A DNA stretch of 64,000 bases from Allopontixanthobacter sp. (GCF_034376665.1 NZ_JAXMJI010000067.1:53048-117047), one strand, 5' to 3'; shown: positions 24,651-36,108, counted from the first letter of the stretch. Translations and numbers: made by a program. Notes: generated by a model from the sequence alone, not told the origin.

Positions 24651-25298
24651 TCAGGTAACCGGTACCGGCGCTGCAACGGCCCCGGCTTCTTCAGCGCCGA
24701 GGGGTTCTGTAGCAGGAACCGCGCCATCCAGCGGCGCATCTTCAGCGGCAGCTTCGGCGGCCGGTGCTTCGGGTGTCGGCAATTCCGGACCACCGCCATT
24801 TTCACGCATATAGAGAATGACATTGGCGCGGTCTTCCGGGCTGCTCAGACCGGCGAAGCTCATCTTCGTACCTTCGGCAAAGCCGCGCGGGCTCTTGAGC
24901 CAGGCGTCGAGCGCGGCATAATCCCAGTTGCCGCCATGGCTCTTGAGTGCATCGCTATAGGCGAAACCCGGGGCGTGCTGGCCGATGGGAGTGCCCACCA
25001 CGCCATACAAATTGGGCCCGATGCCCGCGGCACCGCCTTGTTCGACAGTATGGCACGCGGTGCATTTGGCGAACACTTTTGCCCCGGCTGCCGCATCGCC
25101 GGCAGCCAGCAAGGTGGCCAGCGAGGGCCCTGCCTCTTCGCCGCCTTCTTCCGCAGCGCCCTGGATAAAGTAGCCGCCTTCTTCCGGAGCTTCCGCCCGG
25201 TCGGCATGATACAAGCGCGCACCGACCGCGCTCAGTCCCAGGGCAATGATCCCGGCGAAAAGTACCCATCCGGCGGTAGTGTTCAAGCGATCGTCCAT
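24651..25298 (-). CDS. Membrane-anchored c-type cytochrome
   Basis: N-terminal TM helix, heme-binding motif CTACH, and an Ala/Pro/Glu-rich C-terminal tail. Confidence 0.85.
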   Translation of the reverse strand: MDDRLNTTAGWVLFAGIIALGLSAVGARLYHADRAEAPEEGGYFIQGAAEEGGEEAGPSLATLLAAGDAAAGAKVFAKCTACHTVEQGGAAGIGPNLYGVVGTPIGQHAPGFAYSDALKSHGGNWDYAALDAWLKSPRGFAEGTKMSFAGLSSPEDRANVILYMRENGGGPELPTPEAPAAEAAAEDAPLDGAVPATEPLGAEEAGAVAAPVPVT

Positions 25299-25500
25299 GC
25301 GTCAAAAATCCGACATCTTTGCTGGTGAAGAGATTGGCGGTCGCTTTAAGGGCAGGCGGGCGATACTGCAAGCGCGCCGATTGCGACCGGGCCATTGCAA
25401 TAGAGAGCGTATTCTTCGGCGGCCTTGAATGTGCCGGCGCCCCCCGCATTGCCTTTTGTACATTGCAGTGCGCGATTTGCACGGTTAGGCGCTGCGGACG

Positions 25501-26409
25501 ATGCAAAGTTTTCCCTCTCCCGCGCTCGCCATGGTCGAAAAGATGCAGGCCGCCGCTGCCGCCGCACCGCTGCAGGCCGCGGCGTTTCAGGGGTCGCCGG
25601 GCGCCAATTCGCACCGCGCCGCGGGTGAGGCGATGCCGGAAAGCCTGCCGCTGCCGTGTTTCAGTTTCGAAGATGCGCTGGACGCGGTGAAAGACGGCCG
25701 CGCCGCCAGCGCGATCATCCCGATCGAAAACAGCCAGAACGGCCGGGTCGCCGATATCCATTTCCTGCTGCCGGAAAGCGGTCTGGCGATCGTGGGTGAA
25801 CATTTCATGCCGATTTCGCACGCGCTGATGGCGCTGCCCCATGCCGACGGATCGCTCGGACCTTTCGAGGCCGCCTACAGCCATCCGCAGGCGCTCGGCC
25901 AGTCGCGCCATTTCCTGCGGGAACGCGGAATCGTGCCGCTGAGCCATGCCGACACTGCAGGGGCCGCCGCCTATGTGGCGGAACGCGGCGATCCTGCGAT
26001 TGCCGCGATCGCTCCGGTTCTTGCGGCGGATCTCTACGGCCTCACCATCGCCGAGAGCCGGGTCGAAGACGCGCATGACAACATGACCCGATTCGTCATT
26101 CTGGCCCGCGAGCCGCTCGATCCGGCATCGCTGTCGGGCGAAACCGCGATGACGACCTTCGTGTTCGAGGTGAAGAACATTCCCGCCGCCCTGTACAAGG
26201 CGATGGGCGGGTTCGCGACCAACGGTGTCAACATGACCAAGCTGGAAAGCTACCAGAAGGGCGCGAGCTTTGCCGCAACCACCTTCTATGCCGACATCAT
26301 CGGCGCGCCGGGCGATCCAGCCGTGGACCGGGCGCTGGAAGAACTGGCGTTTCACTGCAAGGAAATGCGCGTGCTCGGCAGCTACCGCCAGGCCCGCCCG
26401 CGAGGATAG
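25501..26409 (+). CDS. pheA: Prephenate dehydratase
   Basis: AFQGSPGANSHRAA, IPIENSQNGRV and a C-terminal ACT-like region with TRFVILAR. The start is uncertain (25501, 25531 or 25543). Confidence 0.85.
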   Translation: MQSFPSPALAMVEKMQAAAAAAPLQAAAFQGSPGANSHRAAGEAMPESLPLPCFSFEDALDAVKDGRAASAIIPIENSQNGRVADIHFLLPESGLAIVGEHFMPISHALMALPHADGSLGPFEAAYSHPQALGQSRHFLRERGIVPLSHADTAGAAAYVAERGDPAIAAIAPVLAADLYGLTIAESRVEDAHDNMTRFVILAREPLDPASLSGETAMTTFVFEVKNIPAALYKAMGGFATNGVNMTKLESYQKGASFAATTFYADIIGAPGDPAVDRALEELAFHCKEMRVLGSYRQARPRG

Positions 26410-26456
26410 TTTCCGGCGCGGCTCGAGCCAAAGACGGGATTAATCAATCCCATGGC

Positions 26457-27191
26457 TTGCTCCCCGCACCGCGCTCTGCCACCACCACCGCCGTGACTGT
26501 GAACACGGGGCAAATCGACGCGGGCGGCAATTCGGATGCCGGACAGGGCTGGCAGGCCGTCCGGTCCGACACGTCGATTCAATACGCGCCGGTCGAGCCG
26601 CCCGAGACGCCCGAGACGCCGCGCTGGCTGCAGGACATCGGCCGCTGGCTGGAGGAAATGTTCGCGCCGCTGGGCCGGATGCTCGGCGATGCCTGGCCGG
26701 TCCTGAAATGGGTGCTCCTGGCGCTGGCCATCGCGGCGCTGCTGTATCTGCTGTACCAGCTGATCGCGCCGCTGATCGAGCGCCGGGAGGACAGCGGAGC
26801 AGAGGAGGAGGATGCGTGGGTGCCGCGCCGCGAAGACGCGCTGGCCCTGCTGGAGGATGCGGACCGGCTGGCAGCGGAGGGCCGGTTCGACGAAGCCACG
26901 CATCTGCTGCTGCAGCGCAGTGTCGGGCACATCGCCGCTGCCCGGCCGAACTGGATCGAACCGTCCTCCACCGCGCGGGAGATCGCCGCGCTGCCGGCCC
27001 TGCCCGATGCCGCGCGCGGAGCCTTTTCCGCGATATCTACTCGCGTCGAACGCAGCCTGTTCGCCTTGCGCAAGCTCGACGCGCTGGACTGGCAAGCCGC
27101 GCGCGAAGCCTATAGCGAGTTCGCACTCGCCAATCTGTCCGCCCGTGCGCTGGCGCGTAACGGCGGCGGGACAGCGGTCCACGCGGAATGA
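26457..27191 (+). CDS. DUF4129-like membrane protein (first gene of the MoxR/DUF58 operon)
   Basis: Central TM helix followed by LLEDADRLAAEGRFDEATHLLLQRS. ATGA overlap with the next gene. The start is uncertain. Confidence 0.65.
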   Translation: MLPAPRSATTTAVTVNTGQIDAGGNSDAGQGWQAVRSDTSIQYAPVEPPETPETPRWLQDIGRWLEEMFAPLGRMLGDAWPVLKWVLLALAIAALLYLLYQLIAPLIERREDSGAEEEDAWVPRREDALALLEDADRLAAEGRFDEATHLLLQRSVGHIAAARPNWIEPSSTAREIAALPALPDAARGAFSAISTRVERSLFALRKLDALDWQAAREAYSEFALANLSARALARNGGGTAVHAE

Positions 27192-28470
27192 GTGCCCTGC
27201 CAGCCAGTCCGTTCAACCCCAAGGTGATGCTCGCGCTGGTGCTGTTCGGCGCGCTCGCCTTCTTCGCCACGCTGTATTTCATCGGCACAGGACAGACCGG
27301 GGGTGGTAACGACGGCGGCGGTCATGCGGTGGGCCGGGGCCTCAACGGCTTTGCCGCGCTTGCCGAATTGCTGGAGGATGACGGTTACGAAATCACTCTG
27401 TCACGCAGCCCCGGTGCGCTGACCGGAGAATCGCTGCTGATCCTCACCCCGCCCGCCTTCATGGAGGCCGGGGATCTGGCCGACGTGATCGAGGATCGAC
27501 GCCTCGCCGGACCCACGTTGGTAATTCTGCCGAAATGGAACGTCGCGGAAATTCCCGATGAATGGGATGTCGAAAAAGACACCGGCTGGGTGCTGCTGAG
27601 CGGCGCGAGCGAGCCCTATTGGCTGGAGGAGCTGCAAGGCGATCTCGCGATGGAAGGCACCGTCAAGCAATTGCCGCAAAGCGGCATGCAATGGCGCGGG
27701 CTGGGAATGAACGGAAATCTGCCGGATGCGCAAAGCCTGTCGATATCCGGCGAGCGGATCAGGCCGCTGATACGTGATTCCCTTGGCAAAACGCTGGCCG
27801 GATATCTCGATGACGGCGGCTACTACCCCGATATGGCCGACGCCGCCGGGATTGCGCCAACGGAAAGCGACGACGAGGCTATCCTCGAAAAATGGGGTGT
27901 CGTGTTCGTGGCTGAACCGGACCTGCTCAACAATTACGGCATGGCCGATGCCCGCCGGGCGGAACTGGCCCGCGAAATCGTTGCCCTGACCATGGAATAT
28001 GGCGAGCTGCCGATCACCTTCGATCTGACGCAGAGCGGACTCGGCGGCACTCAGAACCTGCTGACGCTGGCGATGAAGCCGCCGTTTCTCGCGGCGACCC
28101 TGTGCCTGTTGATCGCGATGCTGGTGGTCGGATGGCGCGCCTTCCGCCGGTTCGGCCCGCCCGCCAGCGAAGGGCGCGCGATCGCCTTTGGAAAACGCCA
28201 ACTGGTCGCCAACAGCGCCGGTCTGATCCAGCGCACGCGGCGGATGCATCTGCTGACGGCCCCCTATGCCGAGATGATGCGTATCCGGATTGCCGCCGCG
28301 CTCGGCCTGCACCGGGCGGACGATAGCCAGATAGATGCCGCGCTGCACCGCCGCCTGCCCGATGAACCTCCTGTCGGCCACACTCTCGGCCACTTGCGCA
28401 AGGCCCGCACCCCGCATGACGTTCTGCGCGCGGCCAATGCGCTCCGGTCCCTCGAAAGGAAGCTTTCCCG

Positions 28471-28474
<4 letters not shown>
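27188..28474 (+). CDS. DUF4350-like protein
   Basis: N-terminal TM helix, then [21 protein letters not shown]. Position immediately upstream of moxR. ATGA overlaps on both sides. Confidence 0.7.
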
Positions 28475-29433
<959 letters not shown>

Positions 29434-29443
29434 GCCTCGCTGC

Positions 29444-30772
29444 ATGGCGCTGTCGATCCTCCCCACTGCCCGCGCCGCCTGGCTGACGGCCCTGGCCGCG
29501 CCGCTCGCGATCGTGATCGCGGCCGCCGCGCCGAGCGCATGGGTCCTCGCCCCGGCAGCGGGTGCGGCCCTGCTGGTGCTGGTGCTGCTGGACGGGCTGG
29601 TGGCCGGGCGGATGACCGACTGGAAGCTCGATGTTCCGGCAGACGCCGAAGTCGGCGAACCGCTGACCATCCGGGTGCTCGCGGAATTCGCCGGACGCGC
29701 CAGCAATTCGTCGCCGGAGGTGGCGCTGGAATTCGATCCCCGGCTCGGCCCGGCAGGCACCGCGACCCTGCCGCTCGATTTCGAAGCGGAAACAGCCAGC
29801 TGGCAGGGGAGCGCAATCCTGTCGCCCAATCGCCGCGGTACCGCCCGGATCGGCAAGCTGTGGTTTCGCTGGGCCGGACCGCTGGGCTTGGGCGCGCGGC
29901 AGGTACAGCGTGATGTGGACGAACAAATCCGCATCTGGCCCGATCTTGCCCCCGTCCGTTCGCCCGAATTGCAAAATTATTTGCGCGATGCCCAGTTCGG
30001 GCTGATTGCCCGGCGGATACGCGGCGAAGGCACCCAGTTCGAAGCGCTCAGCGAATACGAACCCGGCATGGACCGCCGCCGGATCGACTGGAAGGCCAGC
30101 GCGCGCCACACCCGGCTGTACGCGCGAGAGAACGAAAGCGAGCGCAACAACCAGATCGTGTTCGCTTTCGACTGCGGCCAGGCGATGTGCGAACCGGTCG
30201 ACGGCCTTCCTCGGATCGACCGTGCGGTAACTGCAGCGCTGACTGCGTCCTATGTCGCGCTGAAAGGCGGCGACCGGGTGGCGCTGTTCGGCTTTGCCCG
30301 GCGGCCCGAAGTGTTCACCCCGTTCGTGGCGGACAGCCGTGCCTTCGCCCGATTGCAGAGCGCAGCGGCTGGCCTCGATTATCACGCCGAAGAACCCAAT
30401 TTCACCCTCGCCCTCGCCACTTTGACGGAGCGGCTGAAGCGCCGGTCTCTGGTGATCCTGTTTTCCGATTTCACCGACCCCACGGCGGCGGAAATGATGA
30501 TCGAAAGCGTCGGTCGGCTGGTCAAAAAGCATCTTGTCCTGTTCGTGACGATCGAGGATTCCGAAATCGCCGCACTTACCGCCGCCGAGCCCGCCACCCT
30601 GAACGATCTGGCGATGGCCGTAAGCGCCGACACGCTGGCGCGTCAGCGGGCGCTGGTGCTGCAGCGGCTGCGGCAGATGGGCGTGGACATCATCGAAGCC
30701 CCATGGGACCGGATCGGTTATCGCCTGATCGACCGCTATCTAAACATCAAGCGATCGGGAGCCATCGGATGA
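29444..30772 (+). CDS. DUF58 (vWA-like) protein
   Basis: GEGTQFEALSEYEPGMDRRRIDWKASAR is the DUF58 hallmark. Two N-terminal TM helices. Confidence 0.88.
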   Translation: MALSILPTARAAWLTALAAPLAIVIAAAAPSAWVLAPAAGAALLVLVLLDGLVAGRMTDWKLDVPADAEVGEPLTIRVLAEFAGRASNSSPEVALEFDPRLGPAGTATLPLDFEAETASWQGSAILSPNRRGTARIGKLWFRWAGPLGLGARQVQRDVDEQIRIWPDLAPVRSPELQNYLRDAQFGLIARRIRGEGTQFEALSEYEPGMDRRRIDWKASARHTRLYARENESERNNQIVFAFDCGQAMCEPVDGLPRIDRAVTAALTASYVALKGGDRVALFGFARRPEVFTPFVADSRAFARLQSAAAGLDYHAEEPNFTLALATLTERLKRRSLVILFSDFTDPTAAEMMIESVGRLVKKHLVLFVTIEDSEIAALTAAEPATLNDLAMAVSADTLARQRALVLQRLRQMGVDIIEAPWDRIGYRLIDRYLNIKRSGAIG

Positions 30773-31833
30773 AAGCGCCCGCTATCCGCAGCTGGTTCGG
30801 GAAGAAAACGGTCGATGCGCCGCCTGCGATCGAAGCTGCAGCGCTGCGTTCCGACCGCTTCCGGCTGGAGCGCGAGGGCGACTGGACCCGGCTCGAAAGC
30901 ATCCTCAAGCGAATGGAAAGCGGGCGGCTGCGCGGATTGCCGGACGAGGATGTGCTGGCCCTGCCGGTGCTTTACCGCACCGCCGCATCCAGCCTCGCGG
31001 TGGCGCGCGAGACATCGCTCGACAAGGCGACGCTGGCCTATCTGGAATCGCTGGTCCAGCGCGCCTGGTTCCAGGTTTATGGTCCCCGCCAAGGCTTCTT
31101 CGGCTGGCTTCGCGGTTTCCTTGGCGGCGGCCTGAGCCGGTCGGTCCGGGAAATCTGGCTCGACATCTGCATCGCGCTGGCAGCGATGATCGCGGGCACC
31201 CTCACCGGCTATCTGCTCGTGTCGCGTGATCAGGAATGGTATTACCGGCTGGTCCCGAGCCAGTTCATGGATAGCCGCGTTCCCGGTGCCAGCCGTGAAG
31301 CGTTGGTGGAGACACTGGCGATCGAGGATAGCGCGGCGGGCCTGAGCACTTTTGCGGCATCGCTGTTCAGCAACAATGCGGGGGTCTGCATCCTCGCCTT
31401 CGCCCTCGGGTTCGCCTTCGGTGTACCCTCGCTGATGCTGCTGGTGCACAACATGGCCGTGCTCGGGGCGATGTGGTGGCTCTATTCCGAGGCGGGCCTG
31501 AGCTATGAGTTCGGCGCGTGGCTGAGCGTGCACGGCACGACCGAGTTCTCGGCGATCCTGCTGGCGGGCGCAGCAGGGATCCACATCGGTCGTTCGATGG
31601 CGTTTCCGGGCGCGCGCTCAATCATGACCGCAGCGGCGCAGAGCGGTCGGCGCGCTGCGCAGGTCATGACCGGCGTGGTGCTGATGCTGATCCTGGCCGC
31701 CGTGCTGGAGGCATTCCCGCGCCAATTGCTCGGCACCGACGAACGGCTGGCGATTGGCATGACGATGCTGGCGCTGTGGCTGGGGTATTTCTTCGCGTTC
31801 CGCCGCAAGCCCGTCACGGACCAAGCGGCATGA
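30769..31833 (+). CDS. Stage II sporulation protein M-like (DUF95) integral membrane protein
   Basis: Start at ATG 30769 (ATGA overlap with DUF58). Multi-TM protein with NNAGVCILAFALGFAFG and HGTTEFSAILLAGAAG. Confidence 0.75.
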   Translation: MKAPAIRSWFGKKTVDAPPAIEAAALRSDRFRLEREGDWTRLESILKRMESGRLRGLPDEDVLALPVLYRTAASSLAVARETSLDKATLAYLESLVQRAWFQVYGPRQGFFGWLRGFLGGGLSRSVREIWLDICIALAAMIAGTLTGYLLVSRDQEWYYRLVPSQFMDSRVPGASREALVETLAIEDSAAGLSTFAASLFSNNAGVCILAFALGFAFGVPSLMLLVHNMAVLGAMWWLYSEAGLSYEFGAWLSVHGTTEFSAILLAGAAGIHIGRSMAFPGARSIMTAAAQSGRRAAQVMTGVVLMLILAAVLEAFPRQLLGTDERLAIGMTMLALWLGYFFAFRRKPVTDQAA

Positions 31834-32750
31834 ACCGAGCCCTATCCACCCCGTATGAAGCCGCGAGTGAAAAACGCCGCCGGATCGTGGTGACGCCGGA
31901 AGGGATCGCCCTGCCTTTCATCGTCGGCGCGCGGTCGGCGCGGGCGGGTGCGCTGATCATCGATTATCTGATTATCATCGTGACCGTGATCGTGGTCAGC
32001 CTGCTGCTCGCCTGGACGTTCAGCGGCCTGATCAATCAAATGGACGAGGCCCAGAACCGTGGCGGCGCGGCGGAGTTCATTTTCATCGCCTACATCATTT
32101 TCCTGTTCCTCGCCCGTTACGGCTATTTCCTCAGCTTCGAGATGGGGCCGCGCGGGGCCACCCCGGGCAAGCGGCTGGTCGGCCTCAGAGTCGCCGCGCG
32201 CGATGGCGGGCGGCTGACTGCGGAGGCGGTGATTGCCCGCAATCTGCTGCGCGACATCGAGATTTTCCTGCCGCTGGTGTTTGTCCTGACTGCCCCTAGC
32301 GGCGAGGGCGGTCCGGCGGGGATTGCCGCGATGGTGTGGTTCCTGGTGTTCATGCTGTTCGCGGTGTTCAACCGCGATGCGATGCGGGCGGGCGACCTGG
32401 TGGCGGGAACCTGGGTGGTCGAAGCGCCGCGCCGGGCCCTCGCCGCAGCCCTGTCCACCGAAGGCGCCGCCCGAATGGGGTCAAGCGCGATCACCGGCGC
32501 CGAGTACAAATTCGGCGACGAGGAACTGGCGGTTTACGGCGAATATGAATTGCAGACGCTGGAAAGGGTGCTGCGCGAAGGCAAACCCGAGGCCATTCAG
32601 GCGGTGGCCGAAACTATCTGCCGCAAGATCGGCTGGAATCCCGGCGCTGGCGACGAGCGCGCGTTCCTCGAAGCGTTCTACGCCCAATTGCGCGCCCGGC
32701 TGGAAGGGGGCATGCGCTTCGGCAGGCGGAAAGCGGACAAGTTTTCCTGA
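31830..32750 (+). CDS. RDD-family membrane protein
   Basis: Start at ATG 31830 (ATGA overlap). RAGALIIDYLI, GATPGKRLVGLRV and the RDG/RD pattern are typical of RDD domains. Confidence 0.8.
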   Translation: MNRALSTPYEAASEKRRRIVVTPEGIALPFIVGARSARAGALIIDYLIIIVTVIVVSLLLAWTFSGLINQMDEAQNRGGAAEFIFIAYIIFLFLARYGYFLSFEMGPRGATPGKRLVGLRVAARDGGRLTAEAVIARNLLRDIEIFLPLVFVLTAPSGEGGPAGIAAMVWFLVFMLFAVFNRDAMRAGDLVAGTWVVEAPRRALAAALSTEGAARMGSSAITGAEYKFGDEELAVYGEYELQTLERVLREGKPEAIQAVAETICRKIGWNPGAGDERAFLEAFYAQLRARLEGGMRFGRRKADKFS

Positions 32751-32803
32751 TCGGTAATTTTTCTGATCGAGGGATGGCGATGGTCGGCGCCGGGCCGCGC
32801 AGA

Positions 32804-33805
32804 TCAATCCCTGAAAATGGCGACTTCGTTCAGTCCGTTGCTGTCCGCCCGGCCGCGGTACATTCCGGCCGTGTTGAACGAAAACACCGCTTCGCCCTCG
32901 GGGGTGACGAGGATCACGCCGCCATCGCCGCCCAGTTCCTTGACCTCGGCCATGACTGCGTCGGCAGCGCTTTGCGCGGCCTCCCCGGCGATCCGCATCC
33001 GGGCACAGATTTCATGCGCCACGCCCACGCGGATGAAATACTCGCCTGCCCCGGTGGCGGAAACGGCGCACACCCGGTCATCGGCATAGGTGCCCGCGCC
33101 AATTATCGGCGCATCCCCGATCCGGCCCCAGCGTTTGCCGGTCAACCCGCCAGTAGAGGTGCCAGCGGCGAGATGCCCCTGGCTGTCCAGCGCCACCGCG
33201 CCGACGGTCCCGAACTTGTGATCGACGTCCATGGCAGAAAGTTGCTCCGCCTTCAGCCGCTCCAGCGCCTCCCGCCGGGCCTCGGTCGCGAACCATTCGG
33301 GCGGCATTGTCTCCAGACCCTTGTCGCCGGCGAATTCCTCCGCTCCCGCTCCGCTCAGAAATACGTGCCGCCCATCTTGCCGGACCGCGTCGGCCAGCAC
33401 GATCGGGTTCCGCACGCTGGTAACACCGGTAACCGCACCGGCGGACCTGTCGCGCCCGTCCATAATGGCGGCATCCAGTTCGTTGGCACCTTCCCAGGTA
33501 AACACCGCGCCTCGCCCGGCGTTGAATTTGGGATCGTCCTCCAAAATGACGATCGCGGCGCGCACCGCTTCCAACGCGCTGCCACCGCCATCAAGCACCG
33601 CGCTGCCGGCATCGAGCGCGGCCTGGAGTGCAGCTTTGTAGTCCGCCTGCTGCTGCTCCGTCATCCGGTCCGGGTCCATCGTTCCCGCCCCGCCGTGAAT
33701 CGCAAAGGTCCAGCCCGGCGATGTGCCGGTGCTTTCCTGCGCCAGAGCTGACGCGGGGATGATCATGGCGGCGATCAGGGCGAAGCGGGTCAGGGTGCGG
33801 TTCAT
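32804..33805 (-). CDS. Isoaspartyl peptidase / L-asparaginase (Ntn hydrolase), secreted
   Basis: Signal peptide MNRTLTRFALIAAMIIPASALA. The autoprocessing site context is HKFGTVGAVALD, followed by TSTGG. Confidence 0.85.
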   Translation of the reverse strand: MNRTLTRFALIAAMIIPASALAQESTGTSPGWTFAIHGGAGTMDPDRMTEQQQADYKAALQAALDAGSAVLDGGGSALEAVRAAIVILEDDPKFNAGRGAVFTWEGANELDAAIMDGRDRSAGAVTGVTSVRNPIVLADAVRQDGRHVFLSGAGAEEFAGDKGLETMPPEWFATEARREALERLKAEQLSAMDVDHKFGTVGAVALDSQGHLAAGTSTGGLTGKRWGRIGDAPIIGAGTYADDRVCAVSATGAGEYFIRVGVAHEICARMRIAGEAAQSAADAVMAEVKELGGDGGVILVTPEGEAVFSFNTAGMYRGRADSNGLNEVAIFRD

Positions 33806-33909
33806 GCCGCTGTAGCTAACACACAATTTCGCCGCGCAAAGCCCCAATCGTCCTGGCGCAGCGATGGGCCTTCAATCGCAGGGATAATGGCTGTAGAGCG
33901 CGCGGGACC

Positions 33910-34425
33910 ATGATTCTGCGCCCCGCCTCGCCCGACGACGTTGCCGCGCTGGCGGCACTTGGCCGGACCAGTTTCTGCGCCGCGTTCGAAGATCTGTACC
34001 AGCCCGACGATCTGGCGGTATTCCTCGAGCAAGCCTATTCCGAACCCGCCGTGGAGGCTGAAATTGCCGCACCGGAATATATCCACCGGCTGGCGGAGGA
34101 TGCGGGCGGGCTCATCGGATATTGCAAGCTCCGCTATCCCAGCGCGTATGCCGGGTATTCCGATGCGAAAAACCCGATCGCGCTCGGCCAATTGTACACT
34201 GCCCCGGGCAGGACCGGATCAGGGATTGGCGCGGCGCTGATGGATTGGGCGCTTGCCGAAGCCCGCGAGCGCGGCTGCGACGCGATTCAACTGTCCGTCT
34301 ACAGCGAAAACTTTGGCGGCCAGCGGTTCTACCACCGCTACGGATTTTCCAAGATCGCCGACATCGGATTCTGGGTCGGGAAGCAGCGCGACGCGGAGTT
34401 TCTCTATGAGCTGCGGCTGGATTGA
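33910..34425 (+). CDS. GNAT-family N-acetyltransferase
   Basis: 171 aa. Acetyl-CoA motif RTGSGIGAALMDWAL. Confidence 0.8.
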   Translation: MILRPASPDDVAALAALGRTSFCAAFEDLYQPDDLAVFLEQAYSEPAVEAEIAAPEYIHRLAEDAGGLIGYCKLRYPSAYAGYSDAKNPIALGQLYTAPGRTGSGIGAALMDWALAEARERGCDAIQLSVYSENFGGQRFYHRYGFSKIADIGFWVGKQRDAEFLYELRLD

Positions 34426-34444
34426 AGCGGATTACCGAAGCGTT

Positions 34445-34470
34445 GTAACCTTTGGAAAAAACCTCCCGAA
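34445..34470 (+). promoter_or_regulatory. GTAACC-N16-CGAA, candidate ECF (Caulobacter sigma-F-type) promoter
   Basis: Exact match to the sigma-F promoter motif as I recall it. Lies about 90 nt upstream of the DUF2282 start codon. Confidence 0.4.
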
Positions 34471-34559
34471 CACCCAAGCAGTCCCGGTGGGAACGCCGGA
34501 ACTGCACCGGCCGGACCGAGCGGTCGGTGCCCCTGAACCTCAACCGCTGGAGAAAGACC

Positions 34560-34844
34560 ATGAACACGAAATCCATCAGCCGCTTTGCCGGTATCGCCCT
34601 GGCCGCCGGGATTGCCGCCGGCATGGCGACAACCCCGGTAGCTGCGCAGAAAGCAGACAAGGAAAAATGCTACGGCGTCGCCAAGGCAGGCAAGAACGAT
34701 TGCGCCGCAGGACCGGGCACGAGCTGCGCCGGAACCTCGACCACCGATTATCAGGGCAACGCCTGGAAGCTGGTCGACAAGGGAACCTGCACCAAGATCG
34801 AAACGCCCAAGGGCAAGGGTTCGCTGAAGCCGATCAAACGCTGA
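34560..34844 (+). CDS. DUF2282 periplasmic Cys-containing peptide precursor (BufA1/bufferin-like)
   Basis: ATG 34560 with GGAG 9 nt upstream. Signal peptide ends VAAQ. Core [30 protein letters not shown] has 4 Cys. 94 aa. Confidence 0.8.
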   Translation: MNTKSISRFAGIALAAGIAAGMATTPVAAQKADKEKCYGVAKAGKNDCAAGPGTSCAGTSTTDYQGNAWKLVDKGTCTKIETPKGKGSLKPIKR

Positions 34845-34923
34845 TCCCGTGATTGCGGGCCGGGGAACGCGTGGGTGCAAACGCGTTGCTACCATAATCA
34901 TGCACCCGGCCTGCAACCCGGCC

Positions 34924-35934
34924 CTATAACCACTTCCACTTCCAGAACAGAAACAGCTGCACCGCGAAAACGCCGAGGCACAGCCCGACCACGATCCAGA
35001 ACGCGTGGTCGCTCGCGACCCCCGGCATACCCCCGACATTGATCCCGAGCAGGCCGGTGACGAAGCTCAGCGGCAGGAAAACCGCCGCGACAATTGTCAG
35101 CAGGTAGTTCGTCCGGTTCGACCGCGCGAGTGCCCGGGCGCGCAATTCGTCCTGCATCACCATCGCGCTTTCCTTGCTGATGTTGATATCGTCGAGATAG
35201 CGCCGCAGGCGTTCGATCGTTTCGGTAATTTCGCGCCGGTCATGCTCCTCGAACCATTCGGGCGCATCGCGGGCAATCGATTCGAGCGCTTCGTGCTGCG
35301 GGCCCATGTGGCGCTGCAGCCCAAGGCAATTGCGGCGGATAATGGCGATTTCTTCCAGCACCCGCTCCGCAGTGTCGCCGCCGTCGGCTTCTTCCAGCGC
35401 ATCGATGTGGTCGTTCATGTCGACGATCGACCGGTTCATCCGCATGATCATATGTTCGATGAGCGATGTAACCAACGCACCCGCATCACCGGGTCCGGTC
35501 CCCCCATCGATCAGTGCCAGCGTATCGCGGGGCGTCTGCAGCGGGTTACGGCGCAGGCTGATCACCCGCTTGCCATCCGACCACAGCTGCATGGACACCA
35601 TGTCCTCCGGCTGGGCACCGGGATTGGAGTTGATCCCCCGCAAGGTCGCAACCAGCGTGTCCCCTTCGCGAAAGGCGCGCGGCCGGGTGTCGTGACTGAC
35701 CAGCAGTTCCGCGGTCGTGCGGGGAATGGCGAGTTCGCTCTGCAGCAATTCGCTAACCCCCGGGCGGGTGCGATCGAGATGCACCCACAGGACCTCGCCC
35801 GGTGCCCCCGGCTTCCAATCGAGCGCCTCGGTCCAGTCGATCGGCCGTCCCCCGCCCTTCCCGTCCAGCACCCTGCCGAACAGCAAGGGGGTGGGACCAT
35901 CTCCGTCGTCAGTCAGGAATACACTTTCAGGCAT
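34924..35934 (-). CDS. zntB: CorA-superfamily divalent metal transporter, ZntB-like
   Basis: 336 aa. Two C-terminal TM helices flank [11 protein letters not shown], a variant of the GxN motif. Confidence 0.8.
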   Translation of the reverse strand: MPESVFLTDDGDGPTPLLFGRVLDGKGGGRPIDWTEALDWKPGAPGEVLWVHLDRTRPGVSELLQSELAIPRTTAELLVSHDTRPRAFREGDTLVATLRGINSNPGAQPEDMVSMQLWSDGKRVISLRRNPLQTPRDTLALIDGGTGPGDAGALVTSLIEHMIMRMNRSIVDMNDHIDALEEADGGDTAERVLEEIAIIRRNCLGLQRHMGPQHEALESIARDAPEWFEEHDRREITETIERLRRYLDDINISKESAMVMQDELRARALARSNRTNYLLTIVAAVFLPLSFVTGLLGINVGGMPGVASDHAFWIVVGLCLGVFAVQLFLFWKWKWL

Positions 35935-35969
35935 GGGGCCTTGTCGCGGATTACCGTCTCCCAGACAAT

Positions 35970-36022
35970 GCCGATTTGTGCTGGGCCGATTTGTGCTGGG
36001 CCGATTTGGGCTGGGCCGATTT
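35970..36022. repeat. 15-bp tandem repeat, about 3.5 copies (GCCGATTTGTGCTGG x2, GCCGATTTGGGCTGG, GCCGATTT)
   Basis: Read directly from the zntB/ispG divergent intergenic region. Confidence 0.9.
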
Positions 36023-36108
36023 CCACCGGTCGTTTGCCGGGTTCGGAGCGAAAGGCGGGCCGCGAACTTGGTCTTTCACCTGAAACCCGTTCACTCTATA
36101 AGGCGCAC

